DNA of 64,000 nt from Felis catus. Its lineage: Eukaryota. The notes beneath the pieces are model-generated. The model saw only the letters and a program-made list of their open reading frames with translations, made no database searches and was not told where the DNA came from. This document shows, piece after piece, positions 51,304 to 64,000 of this stretch (within the stretch, counting starts at the first letter, position 1; every line of letters starts with the position of its first letter). The DNA lies in contig NC_058368.1 of assembly GCF_018350175.1 (NCBI RefSeq), positions 147,934,001 through 147,998,000 on the forward strand, given 5' to 3'. The translations under genes were made by a program, and so were the position numbers.

Positions 51304-52205
51304 TTTGGATAGTCCCTGGAGTGGTATGGAACTGTGGGGCACTTCCCCTGTGTTGTCTTGAATAACTTGCATTGGTGTGAGGGGCCACAGTCAGACTGGT
51401 GTGTGCCTTCTCTTCCCCTCTCCTAGGGGCGGGATTCACTGTGGGGTGGCGTGGCCCGTCTGGGCTACTTGCACACTGCAAGGCTTGTGGTGATGGGGAT
51501 CTGGCGTATTAGCTGGGGTGGATCAGCAAGGTGCACAGGGGTGGGAGGGGCAGGCTCAGCTCACTTTTCCCTTGGTGATCCGCTTCAGGAGGGGCCCTGC
51601 GGCACCTGGAGTGAGTCAGACCTGCCGCCGGAGAGATGGATCCACAGAAGCACAGCCTTTGGTGTTTTCACGGTGCAAGCAAGTTCCCTGACAGGAACTG
51701 GTTCCCTTTGGGGTTTTGGCCGGGGGATGGGCGAGGGAGATGGCACTGGGGAGCACCTTTGTTCCCCGCCATGCTGAGCTGAGCTCTATCGTCCAGAGCT
51801 CAACAACTCTCCCTCCCGTTGTCCCCCAGCCCTCCTGCTCTCCGAGCAGAGCTGTTAGCTTATAACCTTCCAGATGTTAAGTACCGCTCGCTGTCCCAAC
51901 ACACTCTGTCCGGTCCCTCAGCTTTTGCCAGCCAGACTCAGGGCTCTGCTTTGTCGGCGGGCCACCCCTCCACCCCAGCTCCCTCCCGCCAGTCTGTGTA
52001 GCTCGCACCACCTCTCCGCCCTTCCTACCCTCTTCCATGGGCCTCTCCTCTAAGCTTGGCTCCAGAGAATCCATTCTGCTAGTCTTCTGGTGGTTTTCTA
52101 GGTTATTTAGGCAGGTGTGGGTGGAATATAAGTGATCAGCAGGACGTGGTGAGCCCAGCGTCCTCCTACGCCACCATCTTCCTGAAAAAATTTTAACATT
52201 TTTTA

Positions 52206-52416
52206 AATGTTTATTTTATTTTTGAGAGAGAAGGAGAGATAAAGCACAAGTGGGGGAGGGGCAGAGAGATAAAGAGAGACACAGATTCTGCAATAGGCTC
52301 CAGGCTCTGAGCTGTAAGCACAGACCCTGACTCAGGCGGGGCTCAGACTCAAGAAGCTTGAGGTCATGAACTAAGCCAAAGTCCACTCTTAACCAACTGA
52401 GCCACTCATGTGCCCC
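52206..52416 (-). mobile_element. CanSINE whose A-tail was split by the L1
   Basis: SINE body; its own TSD atgcttattt lies at 52422-52431 and, 3 kb away, at 49409-49418. Confidence 0.92.
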
Positions 52417-55400
52417 AGGAAATGCTTATTTCTTAAGGTTCTTTTAGATTTTCTCTGTGAGTGGTTAGTGGAGTCTGTGGAGAAAGAACCTCCAAAATAA
52501 TACAGACTCCCACAGTTTATTAGACTCAAAGATTTCATAATGCCCTACTAACGTATACTTGGTCTTGGATCATTCATCAATTATTGTAGCTCAACTTTTC
52601 ATACTGCTATGTAGTTGGGTCTACCCTTAAGCAAGCACTTCTCACATCTTTCTCTGACAGTACCATCTCTCAATACATTTTTGGTCAGTTCATTGCTGTG
52701 CAACTTCAGTGATCCAGTGGGATTTTAAAAAAGTAATTTTCATTATGAAGGTGAGGCAAGGGTGCTACCTATCTTGATATCCCAAGGTGGCAGCTGGAAA
52801 TGCTGTGCTGGAATTTTGTGGTACTAGGAACTATTAGGCTTGGTTGCCATCCCGTGTTCCCCATTAATCTGGTTGGCTAAAGCTAATTAATAATCATGGT
52901 TATTGACACAACATATGAAATATTTGAATTTTATGGTGGAAACTGAGTAAGATAGTAAAAAAGAAAAGCTCAAAATATGATCTATATTGTTCCTGAAGAC
53001 TAAAATTCAGGAAATAAAATGTATATTGCTTTTTGCAACACTGCTTGGTGCTTTTTCAAATGTAATGGGTGTGTATACAATTAAATGCTAATTTTTAATA
53101 AAGATCTATTATGCTCTTTAACCATGCTGAATAATGGTGACCCCTCCCCCATACACACACATACAAAGATATATAATACCCTACTAAGAACTGGCTCTTA
53201 CAATTCAACATTGAACAACGTTAGTTAACATATTTAAACTGCCACCTAATTCATATACTGCTACATTCACTCACGTCAAATATACTTCAGGAACCCTGAG
53301 ATACTGTTTTAACAGCTCTACGAAGTTTCCAGAATTTGCTGCTGTGGCAGAGTGATGTCACACAAACTAATACCTTGTAAAGGGAAAATGACTGTAAAGT
53401 GACAGTACAATGCATGCAGAATTAGAAATGGAATGGATTATACATTCAGAAAACCTAGTTTTAGGATCTGCCAAAACATTTTTCTTCTCCCAGAAAGTAA
53501 GAGGATTGTATTTACATAACTTACATTTTTAAAAGAAATTTAACACTTGATTCTTTTTCTTGTTTGTTGTTGATCATGAAGAGCTCCCTCTTAAGAATGT
53601 CACTCAAAAAAAAAAATACTCTGCATACAAATACTACTGGGACATCACTGATATTGTACCTGGTTTCTTTCACATTAGGTATTCGATTTTCTATAAGACA
53701 GCATTTCTTCAAGTTTTTAAAACATAAAATTGCTTTTGCATTATTGAAAATTCTAATTTGAAAATGTGAAAACAGAATCAGAGATTAAAGGATAATGGTG
53801 ATATGAATGTTTGCTTTTCTAATATGTTAGAAAGATATAATACACTATGGTGACCATGAAAATTCCTGGATTCAGAGAAAGTAGTTTACATTTAAAAGAT
53901 GAATAATTTAATATTTATTTTACATTAAAATAAAATTGTACTTTATCATCTCCATTATTGAGTGTATCTACAGTAGTTTATCCATCAATACAAAATCTAT
54001 ATATCATTAAATCTATATCTAGATATGTATTTTCCTTTTTCTATTTCCATGATTTTAATATCAAGTTCTCAAATTAAAAATTATTTTCCCTGACTTTAGA
54101 CATGAGTAATTTTTTCTTGGTTCTGTTTTCTATTCATGGGGACCACATATAACTCTTTGTTTTTTGTGTCTCAACTGGTGAATTTTGCTTATTGATTTGT
54201 TGACATACCTATAAAAGTTTTTTCATTTACAAAACATTTAATTCTCAAAAAGAAGTGCCTGCAAAGTAAAAACGTTATAAATACAAATAGCATAGAAAAG
54301 CCAAAAACATCTAATTTTGTCTTGAGAAAACAAAATTTTCTGCTCTAAAGTTGCCAACTAAATATTTGGTTTAGAAAATATTGAAATATTTTTATTCCCT
54401 GAGCACATCCTAAAATAGCTTTGAGTAGTAATCTCCATTAGGTTAAAAAAAGGGGGGGGACCTAAGAAAATAATGAATAGTTTCTGAAAGGTTGATTTTA
54501 TATATTCGGGGTAGATTTTTTTTCTACTCTTATATGACTGTCAAACTTAACAAAAAATAAAAAATAAAAAAATAAAAAACTAAGCTAGGTGTCCAGGTTG
54601 TCTCAAGAAGATGAGGCTGAAGTATGGTAGATATAGCATGAAAAAAATAACCTGCCATATCCTGTAAAACATTGTTGAAGGCACCATTCTGACCTTTTTC
54701 TAAAGTATGTGCTGCCATTGTACTTCTAACATCATGGCTTGCATCATGACTGAGGATTTGTGAAGTAGATATAATTATATATAATTATAAAATAAAGGCT
54801 TGTTGGGAGAATTAATGATATTATTACCTTTATTTACCCAATGTTCTATAAAAAGTAAAATACTGACCATTTGGATACTCTACATACTTCTTCATATCTA
54901 CACATATTTAATATTCTCAAGCATCTCTTAGTTTCCCATGTGTCTCACATTTTCATTCATCTTTTGATTTTCTTTCTTCAAAATTCTAGTATAATTTTTC
55001 AGGTTTTCCCTACTGAACTAATGTTATTCTCTCTAATATCAATATGCTGTTCAGTGCTTCTGTTACAATCTCTCATTTGGCAATCATCTTATTACAGAAT
55101 GGTATGTGGTAAACTCACTTTACCTCTTGTTCTTTTTGTTTTAACTTCACAGATATTACGCTCTCATCATCTTTTTTAACAGTATAAACCAAATAGTGAT
55201 CTTCCTTCAGTAAATCATATCTTCAACATGTCTATCCAAGAGTGCTCTCATCTTCAGTAACATGGTCCTTATACTCAGGAAGAGAAGCCCCTATCTTGTT
55301 CCCCTAACTTTGGAAGTCCCCACTTACATGTTCCAGGTATCTAGGAACCCAGCATTCCCTGCCGAAATAGGGACTTGCCTGGGTGGACAGACATGCCTAT

Positions 55401-56630
55401 AGCAGGAGCAGGATAGAGTCGGGAGTGAGAAAAGAAGAGATACAGGCACTCCCTAATGAATGTTCTGGAACTTACAATGGAACAAGAATTTCTAATTATA
55501 ATTTAGATTTAGAGATCTTTGTAGAATTATACTTTTTCAAAATAGGAGAGAAAATACATTAAAATTTTATTAGTTTGGCTTATGACTTTTAAATACTTAG
55601 ACTTATGGCTTATGGACTTCAATTTGTACCCTTATTCTAGGCCCATCATAAAATTCAGATATGTAGATATCCCAGATAATCTACGCATCTGCAGAGGAAA
55701 AAAAAAAAGACTACTCATTTGGATGTTCCTTGAAGGAGGTACACAGAGGCTGGAATTATCTCTCATGCAACACACCTCATAGTACAAGGGCTTCCTAAAT
55801 GATGTGTAGGTAAATATAAATACACTCTTCAGGAGTGGTAAGCTAGTCTCTTGGAAGAACGTATAGAACTTCTGCTGACCTGCACTCTTAAGTGACTCTC
55901 TGAAAGATTTATTTGTGTTTATGTTTTCTGTAACATTACTTTGGGATTCAAATTCCTTCTTCAATCAGAATCCTTTCACATGTAAGACAGACTATTTTAG
56001 ATTTAAGTCATCCCTAATTTTTAGTCTTGCTGTAACTTGATCTTACTATTTCTACCCTTAACCTGCGATGATGGGCAAAAGCTTAGCAGTTGTTGAATAT
56101 ATGTCTCGTTTTGAGAAAAGACACCACTCTGATTAAAATTTGGGACAGGCAAGAAATGCCAAAGAAAGAGGAAATAGTATCATGAAGCTCTTTTAGTTCT
56201 AAAACTGTGTTTAAAAAATTGTTGTTCTTTGCAGTACAAGACTAAGACAGACAAGGGATATTTACAACCAAGTAAGCTAAGTAAAGATCCCTGCTAACTA
56301 AGGAGTGTGTCTGAGAAAATGGCCTTCAATAAGATTAAATATAATGACTAAGCTCTTTTCTTTATCCTAAGTTGGAGATTCTCATCCTATGCTTCCTCAT
56401 TTCCAATACAAAGAAGAAAAGAATTCTGAAATGTCAAGTTGTTTCACCACAGCAACTCCTACATTTCATAGAATATAACTGATAAACTGAGTTGGTTGTT
56501 AATAACTAAATTTGCGAGTATTATCTCTATATACTCACTAATGTCTCTGGTGGGGGGTGCAAACAGAGTGCAAACAGTTGAGCTTTCTGTATCTTAGCAG
56601 CTAATTACAATAAGCTAATATTAAAAATGC

Positions 56631-56837
56631 CTGGAATGCCTATGTGGCTCAAATGGTTGAGCATCCAACTCTTGGTTTTGGCTCCAGTCACAATCTCACA
56701 GTTCTTCGTGAATTCAAGTCCTATGTCAGGCTGTGTACTGACAGCACAGAGCCTGCTTGTGATTCTCTGTCTCTCTCTCTCTCTCTGCCCCTCCCCAACT
56801 TGCTCTCTATCATTCTCTCTCAAAATAAATAAATATT
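56631..56837 (+). mobile_element. CanSINE (older)
   Basis: Diverged head, acagcacagagcctgcttgtgattctct, (CT)n, aataaa. Confidence 0.9.
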
Positions 56838-57529
56838 TTTAAATGCATATAACAATTTTCTATACACACACACCACATATATACATACAAATTTTGTTCC
56901 TTCTACACCACATTCTTAGAAGGAATGACAGAATATAAATAAAGAAAAAAAACACAAAATTATATGTCAATAAGTTACCCTGCCCACAATTTAATGCATA
57001 TTTTAGTCATGGAGAATACCTAAGTAATCATCAAATCATAATATCATATGCAGCAGGGCACATATGAACTTCAGCTCACTCATTGTATTAGTCATGTATA
57101 TATAAAACCCGAATGAGCCAGGAACATACCAGAAAACTGAATTTTAAAAAAAGTCTGTAGTATCTGGAGAAAGGACACACTACAATTAAAAAGAACATGG
57201 GTCACGTGACTGGGTCTAAAAAGAATGATTTAGCATGGCATGGAATGAGTAATTATGAGCAAAATATTGAACCTATAACTCAGATGATCCTCTCCTCCTA
57301 CGGACAGGGAACTTTGCTCAATACCTCTTTTCAGAAATGTACTATCTTGAAAAGCATTGAAACACAAAGAGACCAATATAAAAGATGTTTTATGTATATT
57401 TATACATATTACTTATTATTTCTTTTGACCATACTGTTTTTTAATGCTGTTTTATGTTTGGGAAAGTTCAAATTGATGAGTCTTGGTGAGGGAGAAATAA
57501 ACATTTCTACACCCAGAAGTTAAAAGAAA

Positions 57530-57930
57530 TCTGTGAAATCACTTTCTGAACTTCCGTTTACCAAAGGCAGACACATGACGTCAGCTCAGTTAATTACATC
57601 CAATTAACTACTGACATGGTAGGAGAGATGGAGTTATCTACCTCTTGCTCTCTCTCTGTAGCCACAATAGCTGCAAAGTTTGGTTGCTTTTATATAAGTG
57701 GAGGCAATGGAAACCTCTAGCATCTAGCTCTATTAAGCAGAAGATGCAATATTTTTTCCCAAAGATCAATTTTTAATGTTGCTTTGGAGGTTTTTTGGAA
57801 ATGTAGTCTTGAGCCTTGTTCTCCAAGCCTCAAAAAATCTGAGTTGTCCTCATATCCTTGTAAATTCTTTATCTGCTAAATCACCCTGTTAGGCCTCAGT
57901 TATTACAAATATGAATCCTAACTGCAACAA
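57530..57930 (+). mobile_element. ERVL-class LTR remnant (LTR33/LTR16-like)
   Basis: ggcagacacatgac..agctcagttaatta; 3' end aaattctttatctgctaaatcacc...gaatcctaactgcaaca. Recalled similarity only. Confidence 0.45.
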
Positions 57931-60226
57931 AGCTATAAAACGAAGGTGAAATTTAAGGCTTGTTCTTTCTTCATCAAACAGGAATAAGTGTGCCTGGTGT
58001 TAGCATACTACAATTTACTCTGAATCAATGAAAGCTAGAGACAGCTAGTGGTATTAATGTCCACATTGGTTCTAGAAGCAGTGGCCACAAACTCTGATAA
58101 TGTGGCACAGCAATGCCTGCAGTTTCAGCTGGTACATTTTGGTAGGAGTGACAGTTTCAGTAAGTGACTTTTGATCTAAATGGTTTAGTTGAAATCTGGC
58201 ACAAATTGATACCAAAAGTGACAAACAAAACCGGTGGCTTTGAAAGCAAAGAGACATACAGGCACTAGCAGCACTGAAGGTAACTTTCTGTGACTATCAA
58301 AACACTCAGAGGTAAGCAGAAAAGGAAATTGCCACATCAATGGTAGTTAAGAGAACCTGCTTACTCATTATACAGTTCCTGTACTTATTAGACAGTTCCT
58401 GGTAAATCCCTGAAATATTTGAGGATGAAGGATAGTGTGGCTTTAAAGATAGACAGAAGTTCCAGTGAATTCTCTGCAGGGGACTAGAACTACAAAAATA
58501 CTCTTTATTACTAAAAACAATCTGCATATTTTTATTGATTATAAAATCTCTGCATTTAGAGGCAGAGAGAGAGAGAGAGAGAGAAAGAGACAGAGAGACC
58601 TGAGAATATATTTGGTTGGAAAATAAAAGTTATTAAAGTTTTATGGGTGTCTTCCAACAACAACAACAACAACAAAAAATGGCTTCTGACCAAACTTTTA
58701 TAGTGCTAAAGTGCTAAAGGGACATTCATTTCCTTTATAATTATTTATTAACAGACTTTTGCATGCTTTGTGCTGTGGTACATGTATGGAAATACATGAA
58801 GAATGGTATGCAGAAATGTGGTAAATGATAAGAGATGGCAGTAGAAAAGAGGAAGTGAGTATTACAGAAGACATTCAGAAAGGTAATCATATAAAAGAGT
58901 ACATGATGCAAAATGAAAATAACTGGGTGGATGAGAAAGTGTCTTAAAACCAAAGAAATGAATAAAAACTTTCAAAAGGCTTTAATGTTTGTGTTGTCCA
59001 AGGATCTTTGAATGTTTAAAACTTATTTGTATGAACTACAGAATATATTAATCTGAGGAATTTGTATAAATGTCAAATGCAGATTTTCTATTGTTGTATT
59101 TTGTAAACTGATTTTCCTCAGACTTGCTTCTCATATGAATATTTTTCTGGTCTCTGCTTGTTGTTTATTGGATCGAATAATTGGCATTTTGATGACAAGT
59201 GCAAGTGCTACTTTCTGACTGAGCTGTTCCTATGGCATTCAAGTGCTGAATATGTTTGGAAGCCTTTCCCATTTCACATTCTAATTCAAATCACAAATCA
59301 AAGTTCTGAATATAAAGGATTATGAATAGAACAGCTCTGTATAGATTCATCACAAACTAAATTAACCCATAGACTAGAATGGAAAGCTAAGGACATCTTT
59401 CAATTAGAACCAATTGGCTGTTGAAATAAAATTCTGGCAGCTAAAGAATACAAAGCAGATTGCAGAAAATAAGCCCCTTGAGGGCTTTATTTGACATAAA
59501 CACGAGTTTGTCATGTCATTCTTAGTATGTAACTATGGTGATTTCAATTACTTTTTAGCACTTTAAAGTGCTTGCCTTTTTCCAAAAATTTTCTATTTAA
59601 AAACTGTTATCTTCTTGAGACTTAATTTGTTATAATCTATTTTAGTTTTCCATAAGTTTAGGACAATGTTTTATTTTATGGAATATGCCTAAAAGTGTAT
59701 TCTGAAATGAAAGTTATCTCTATCTTTTAGTGTGTACTATATAACTTTGAAAATTTAGAATTTTGCTTTGTAAAAATTTGCTTAACATATACAGTGAATT
59801 TAGTTTTAGTAATTTTTTTGAAACCTCAAGTTATCAAAATTTCTCTCAAATTACACCCATAGGCTAGTGATGCATTGTACTTGTAATTGTTGAGTTCCTG
59901 CGTACCTTTATCAGGGTATTGGGGAGGAGTAATGAAAGAAAATACATTTACTAGTAAAACAATGTCTCATTTTTAGTGCATTGAGTTGTTCTGTTGGAAT
60001 AAAGAAATGTTTCCAATCACATAAATCCTTTATAAAGCTAGAAAAGTTTTCATATAAACAATATAGAAAATAGGCATCTTATGTATACTCTTAGTTTTTC
60101 ATAGAAAAAAGAATTATTTTACCAAGCAGTATGTCTTTTCTCTCATCTCCATTTTTCCCTGATTATTTTACTTCTGATTCTCAGATTAGGAAGAGAGAAA
60201 GATAAAACTCTAATATAAACATTCTT

Positions 60227-60451
60227 GGGGCGCCTGGGTGGCGCAGTCGGTTAAGCGTCCGACATTGGCCAGGTCACAATCTCGCGGTCCGTGAGTTCGA
60301 GCCCCGCGTCGGGCTCTGGGCTGATGGCTCAGAGCCTGGAGCCTGCTTCCGATTCTGTGTCTCCCTCTCTCTCTGCCCCTCCCCCGTTCATGCTCTGTCT
60401 CTCTCTTTCCCAAAAATAAATAAAAAACGTTGAAAAAATAAAATAAAAAAA
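60227..60451 (+). mobile_element. CanSINE, young SINEC_Fc type
   Basis: CpG-rich body; TSD ataaacattct. Confidence 0.97.
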
Positions 60452-62901
60452 ATAAACATTCTAAGCACAGATTCTGAAGGTGTACATGGTGCAACAAAAC
60501 ACTAAGTGAACCGAAATACTTGGAGCAACAGAATAAGTATTTACCCTAATGTTTATTGGTACCCTATAGAACTTACAAGATTTCTAGAAAAGATGCAGGA
60601 TTTTTAAAATCTTTCCTGCAAATATTTTCCAAATGGTATTACAGTTTAAAATGTAAAACATTCAGGCCTGATTTTTTTTCATTTTGTTAGCATTATGCAA
60701 TATCAGATGAAACTGGAGGAGTTTTAATATATTACCTTGAAAAATTAAAACATCAACATGAATTGCATAAATATACATAAATTTAAATTGACATGAAAGA
60801 TATCTGATCTGAAGGTGTTTTTTTCCTTAATTTCCTTAAAATGATTATATTAAACTAAAGCCTATCAATAAAATTATCTTTGGTTTACAAAATGTAAGGT
60901 GCTAATATAAAAAATTCAAACTAGAAAATAAAGGAACATTTTAAAAATCAATGTCTACTAACTGTAACTATTTTACTTACATATATATCATTGGTATGAT
61001 GAAAAATGGCAGTAAGTATAAATTGGGACTACAAAGGACAATAGCTAAAAATAAGGCATGCATAATTTACATTCTCTCATCTACTTCTAATGAGAATACT
61101 TTTATCTGATACTGATATATTCATCAGAATTTTGCAATAAAATGCAAATTCAGGGAATAATAATTACCTTGGAACTATAACTACAAATTGAACAAAAAAG
61201 AATAATATTTTCTTTTTTAGTCTACAAAGCATGACAGCTTTACACTTTAAATATATTTATTAATATATTAAGGCTAATTTAATTTTCAAATCAGATACCT
61301 GCCAGTTCCAATGCCATCTGATTGATGCTAATTTTGGTTAAATACTTCAAGAAAACTACTAGCTTTTTTATCTTTATGTTCATTCATTCATGTGGTCATT
61401 CATTCACAAAGGGGTTGCTGAAGACTTGCTAGAAGTCTAGTAGGATCTCTCTTGGAGTTTGTGTTTACTCCTATGACTCTAAGATAATGAGGTGTGCGCT
61501 AGGAATAGCAAAGGAGAAAGGTAAAAGGAATCTGGCTCTTTATGGTGTGGAGATCTACACTGTCAGTGGAATCACCAATCTCCAGACATTTTTTTTTTCC
61601 CCTGTGAGAGGAAAAAAAATTAACTTTGATTTCATTTAAGCTACTATTACTCTGCAGATTAATTGTGGCAAACAACACATTTTCTGATTTGTTGACTACT
61701 GTAAAACAAAACAAAAAAAAGGAAAGAGTGTTAACTGGATAAAGAAAGAAATCACAGAGTCTATGGAGTAATGAAATGAATCAAAGAAAGTAAAATTTAA
61801 GGGGAACAACTAAGAAAATAAAGACTTAGACTTTTTTGCTATCTTTCTCCCACCTTCTTGGCAAGTTAGGAGATACAAGGGAAATAAGTTTTAGAGTGAG
61901 GATGTTTTGAAACAGAATGAAATAAATATCAGAGTATTTGTTCTACTTAGAGGATATAGCAGAGAGGAACCCAGATCTGCTGATTTTCATTGCTGGATTA
62001 AGGGCAGGCTCCATCATCAGAGAAGAGTAAAGCTTTAATCAAAGGCTGGAGGAAGAAGATATATTCTGCCAACAATCAGTGATCTTCAAAGAGGACCTTG
62101 AATGACAAATGAGAATCTTAGTTCTAGTTACATACACTTCAATCAGTCTGCTAAAGACCCTAAGACAAGGACCCAACTAAATACACATGTCTTTTGGATA
62201 ATGTGGTGATAGATGTCTTTAAAGAGGGTTCTTTATATTACCTGGAAATTCTTGGTCATCATGAAAAATATATATTCCCAGTACTGAGAAGTGTGATTAG
62301 CCCTTGGTATACACTAGAACAACTTTTGCTTAAAAAGGAGAAAAATCCATATCATATATAACTTTCATTCCTCCAAATGCCCTATTTCTGAAAATGAGGT
62401 CATATTAAAAGTCAAATTATATAGGAGTAATCTGAATATATGCATCATGTATTCTTTTTTTCTAAATATGAAGCTTATTTCATACTATAGGACTGGTTCA
62501 ATAGCTATTTCAAAACATATACCAAATATTATCAGTTAATGTTCTCTAGTTCTCAGGAGGTTTCTACTGTTCTAAGTGTTATAGGAGGAAAAAAAAAGAT
62601 TAAGAGAAGGAAATTCTCCACTCTACAAAGCTAAATATTTTCAAACATAACTTTTAAAATCCCCTGATTTTCTCCATTGTACTACCTTCTGGCAATCTGC
62701 TCTGAACAGTACCTTCAGAAAGTACTTCGTGCATCACCCTTTGGAGCCCTAGCAGCCTTCTCTTTGTGTTCTTCAGTGTCAGGCCTAATTTGAGGTGTTC
62801 TTTTAGTTGGAGGGGCCAAATACATCATTCCTACTACCAAGTTGTGGGGACAAGGGATCCATGCGGTGATACCATTTGGTCACTCTTTATTAAAAATTTA
62901 G

Positions 62902-63125
62902 GGGGCGCCTGGGTGGCGCAGTCGGTAAGCGCCCGACTTCAGCCAGGTCACGATCTCGCGGTCTGTGAGTTCAAGCCCCGCGTCGGGCTCTGGGCTGATG
63001 GCTCAGAGCCTGGAGCCTGTTTCCAATTCTTGTCTCCCTCTCTCTCTGACCCTCCCCCGTTCATGCTCTGTCTCTCTCTGTCCCAAAAATAAATAAACGT
63101 TGAAAAAAAAATTAAAAAAAATAAA
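62902..63125 (+). mobile_element. CanSINE, young SINEC_Fc type
   Basis: CpG-rich body; TSD taaaaatttag at 62891-62901 and 63126-63136. Confidence 0.97.
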
Positions 63126-64000
63126 TAAAAATTTAGTACACTTACAAGGAAAGGGAGGAAAACAAGGCAAAGAAGCAACATGTTTTTCCTCTTTAAAATA
63201 TCTTAACTTATGTTAAATGGAAAAAATATTTTAACTTCTCTGACTTGGAAATTATAATGGTGTGAATGAAGTCTTTGACCTCCTTCTATTTCATACTTGT
63301 ACTACACTGCCCAGTTTTACTTTGAATTTATACTGAACACCAAGATACTGAGTCAACACCTACATACCTTTTCCCCAACCCTCATTAATTCTCTGCTTGC
63401 AACAGATGTTCCTCTCAAATATAGAAATGACCACCAATTCACAGATGAGGGAATTAGAATATGAATAAATCAATTTGCAAAGTATTTAGGAGTCAGCATT
63501 TCTGTCAATTTTCTTGAAGGCTTATTGCAATTCAAAACACACAATTTGGTTATATTGAAAATGCTGCCAATTTGATAAACAACAATAAAAGCATTAACAA
63601 TTTTGTTGTTTACATTTGGTAGATCTAAATCTAAGTTAAATTTTAGTAAGACGGGGAACAGAATAATATTTTAACATTTTGAAGTCTATCATGATGATAT
63701 AACATTTATCATCATTTTCATGTTCCTCAAATACAGAAACTGAACCTAAATATTACCAGGAAAATGCTAACAAGATAAAATAGCTAACACTTGTAAAGCA
63801 TCAGTTCTTACATGTGACTTCATTAGCTTTCCTTACAACTTCCATAGCAACTATGGTAAAGTGTACAAACATAACTAGCCATGTGGAGGCTTAACAATAA
63901 TCTTTAAACTTGCTGAATACATTCAAGTCTTTTGCCTTCACTACAGGCCTTTATTTATTTACATAATGTACTGTGTTAGGTAAGTTGCTCAAGTTATTAT

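Larger units (their letters stand above)
49433..52190 (-). mobile_element. Felid L1 with complete ends but an internal deletion of RT and the C-terminus
   Basis: 5' start aggaagatggtggcgtaggaggacgctgggctcac, ORF1, EN, direct jump to the 3'UTR at ~49680, A-tail; perfect 15-bp TSD ttttaacatttttta at 49418-49432 and 52191-52205. Confidence 0.95.
48570..52800 (-). mobile_element. Old L1M 5'-region remnant (host of the SINE and felid L1 at 49.4-52.4 kb)
   Basis: Diverged L1M-like sequence at 48570-49410 that continues at 52430-52800. Confidence 0.45.

Noticed and set aside
1..64000. tRNA genes, CRISPR arrays or prokaryotic systems
   Set aside because: tRNA-like A/B boxes all belong to SINE heads; no repeat-spacer arrays or operon-like coding density; the DNA is mammalian.

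Overview
AT-rich, repeat-dense mammalian genomic DNA, almost certainly from a felid, judged from about 24 tRNA-derived CanSINEs of the SINEC_Fc type and felid/carnivore-type LINE-1 3' ends. It looks intergenic or deep-intronic: I find no credible host protein-coding gene, and nearly every ORF in the track comes from SINEs, L1s or microsatellites. Older eutherian repeats (L1M, L2, MIR, MaLR/ERVL LTRs, MER63) are nested several levels deep. The most unusual items are structurally odd L1s. (i) A TSD-flanked minus-strand L1 at 49433-52190 keeps its 5'UTR, ORF1, most of the endonuclease and the 3'UTR but lacks the whole RT/C-terminal region; it resembles a half-L1 and sits in a SINE tail. (ii) A plus-strand L1 at ~39848-43458 has the roughly complementary loss, with a 5'UTR fused straight to RT. 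(iii) An inverted L1 at ~29.2-30.9 kb has a duplicated junction. (iv) A TSD-flanked 5'UTR-only old L1 lies at ~24.4-25.2 kb. Family names were assigned by eye from remembered consensus features and need RepeatMasker confirmation; most boundaries are approximate.
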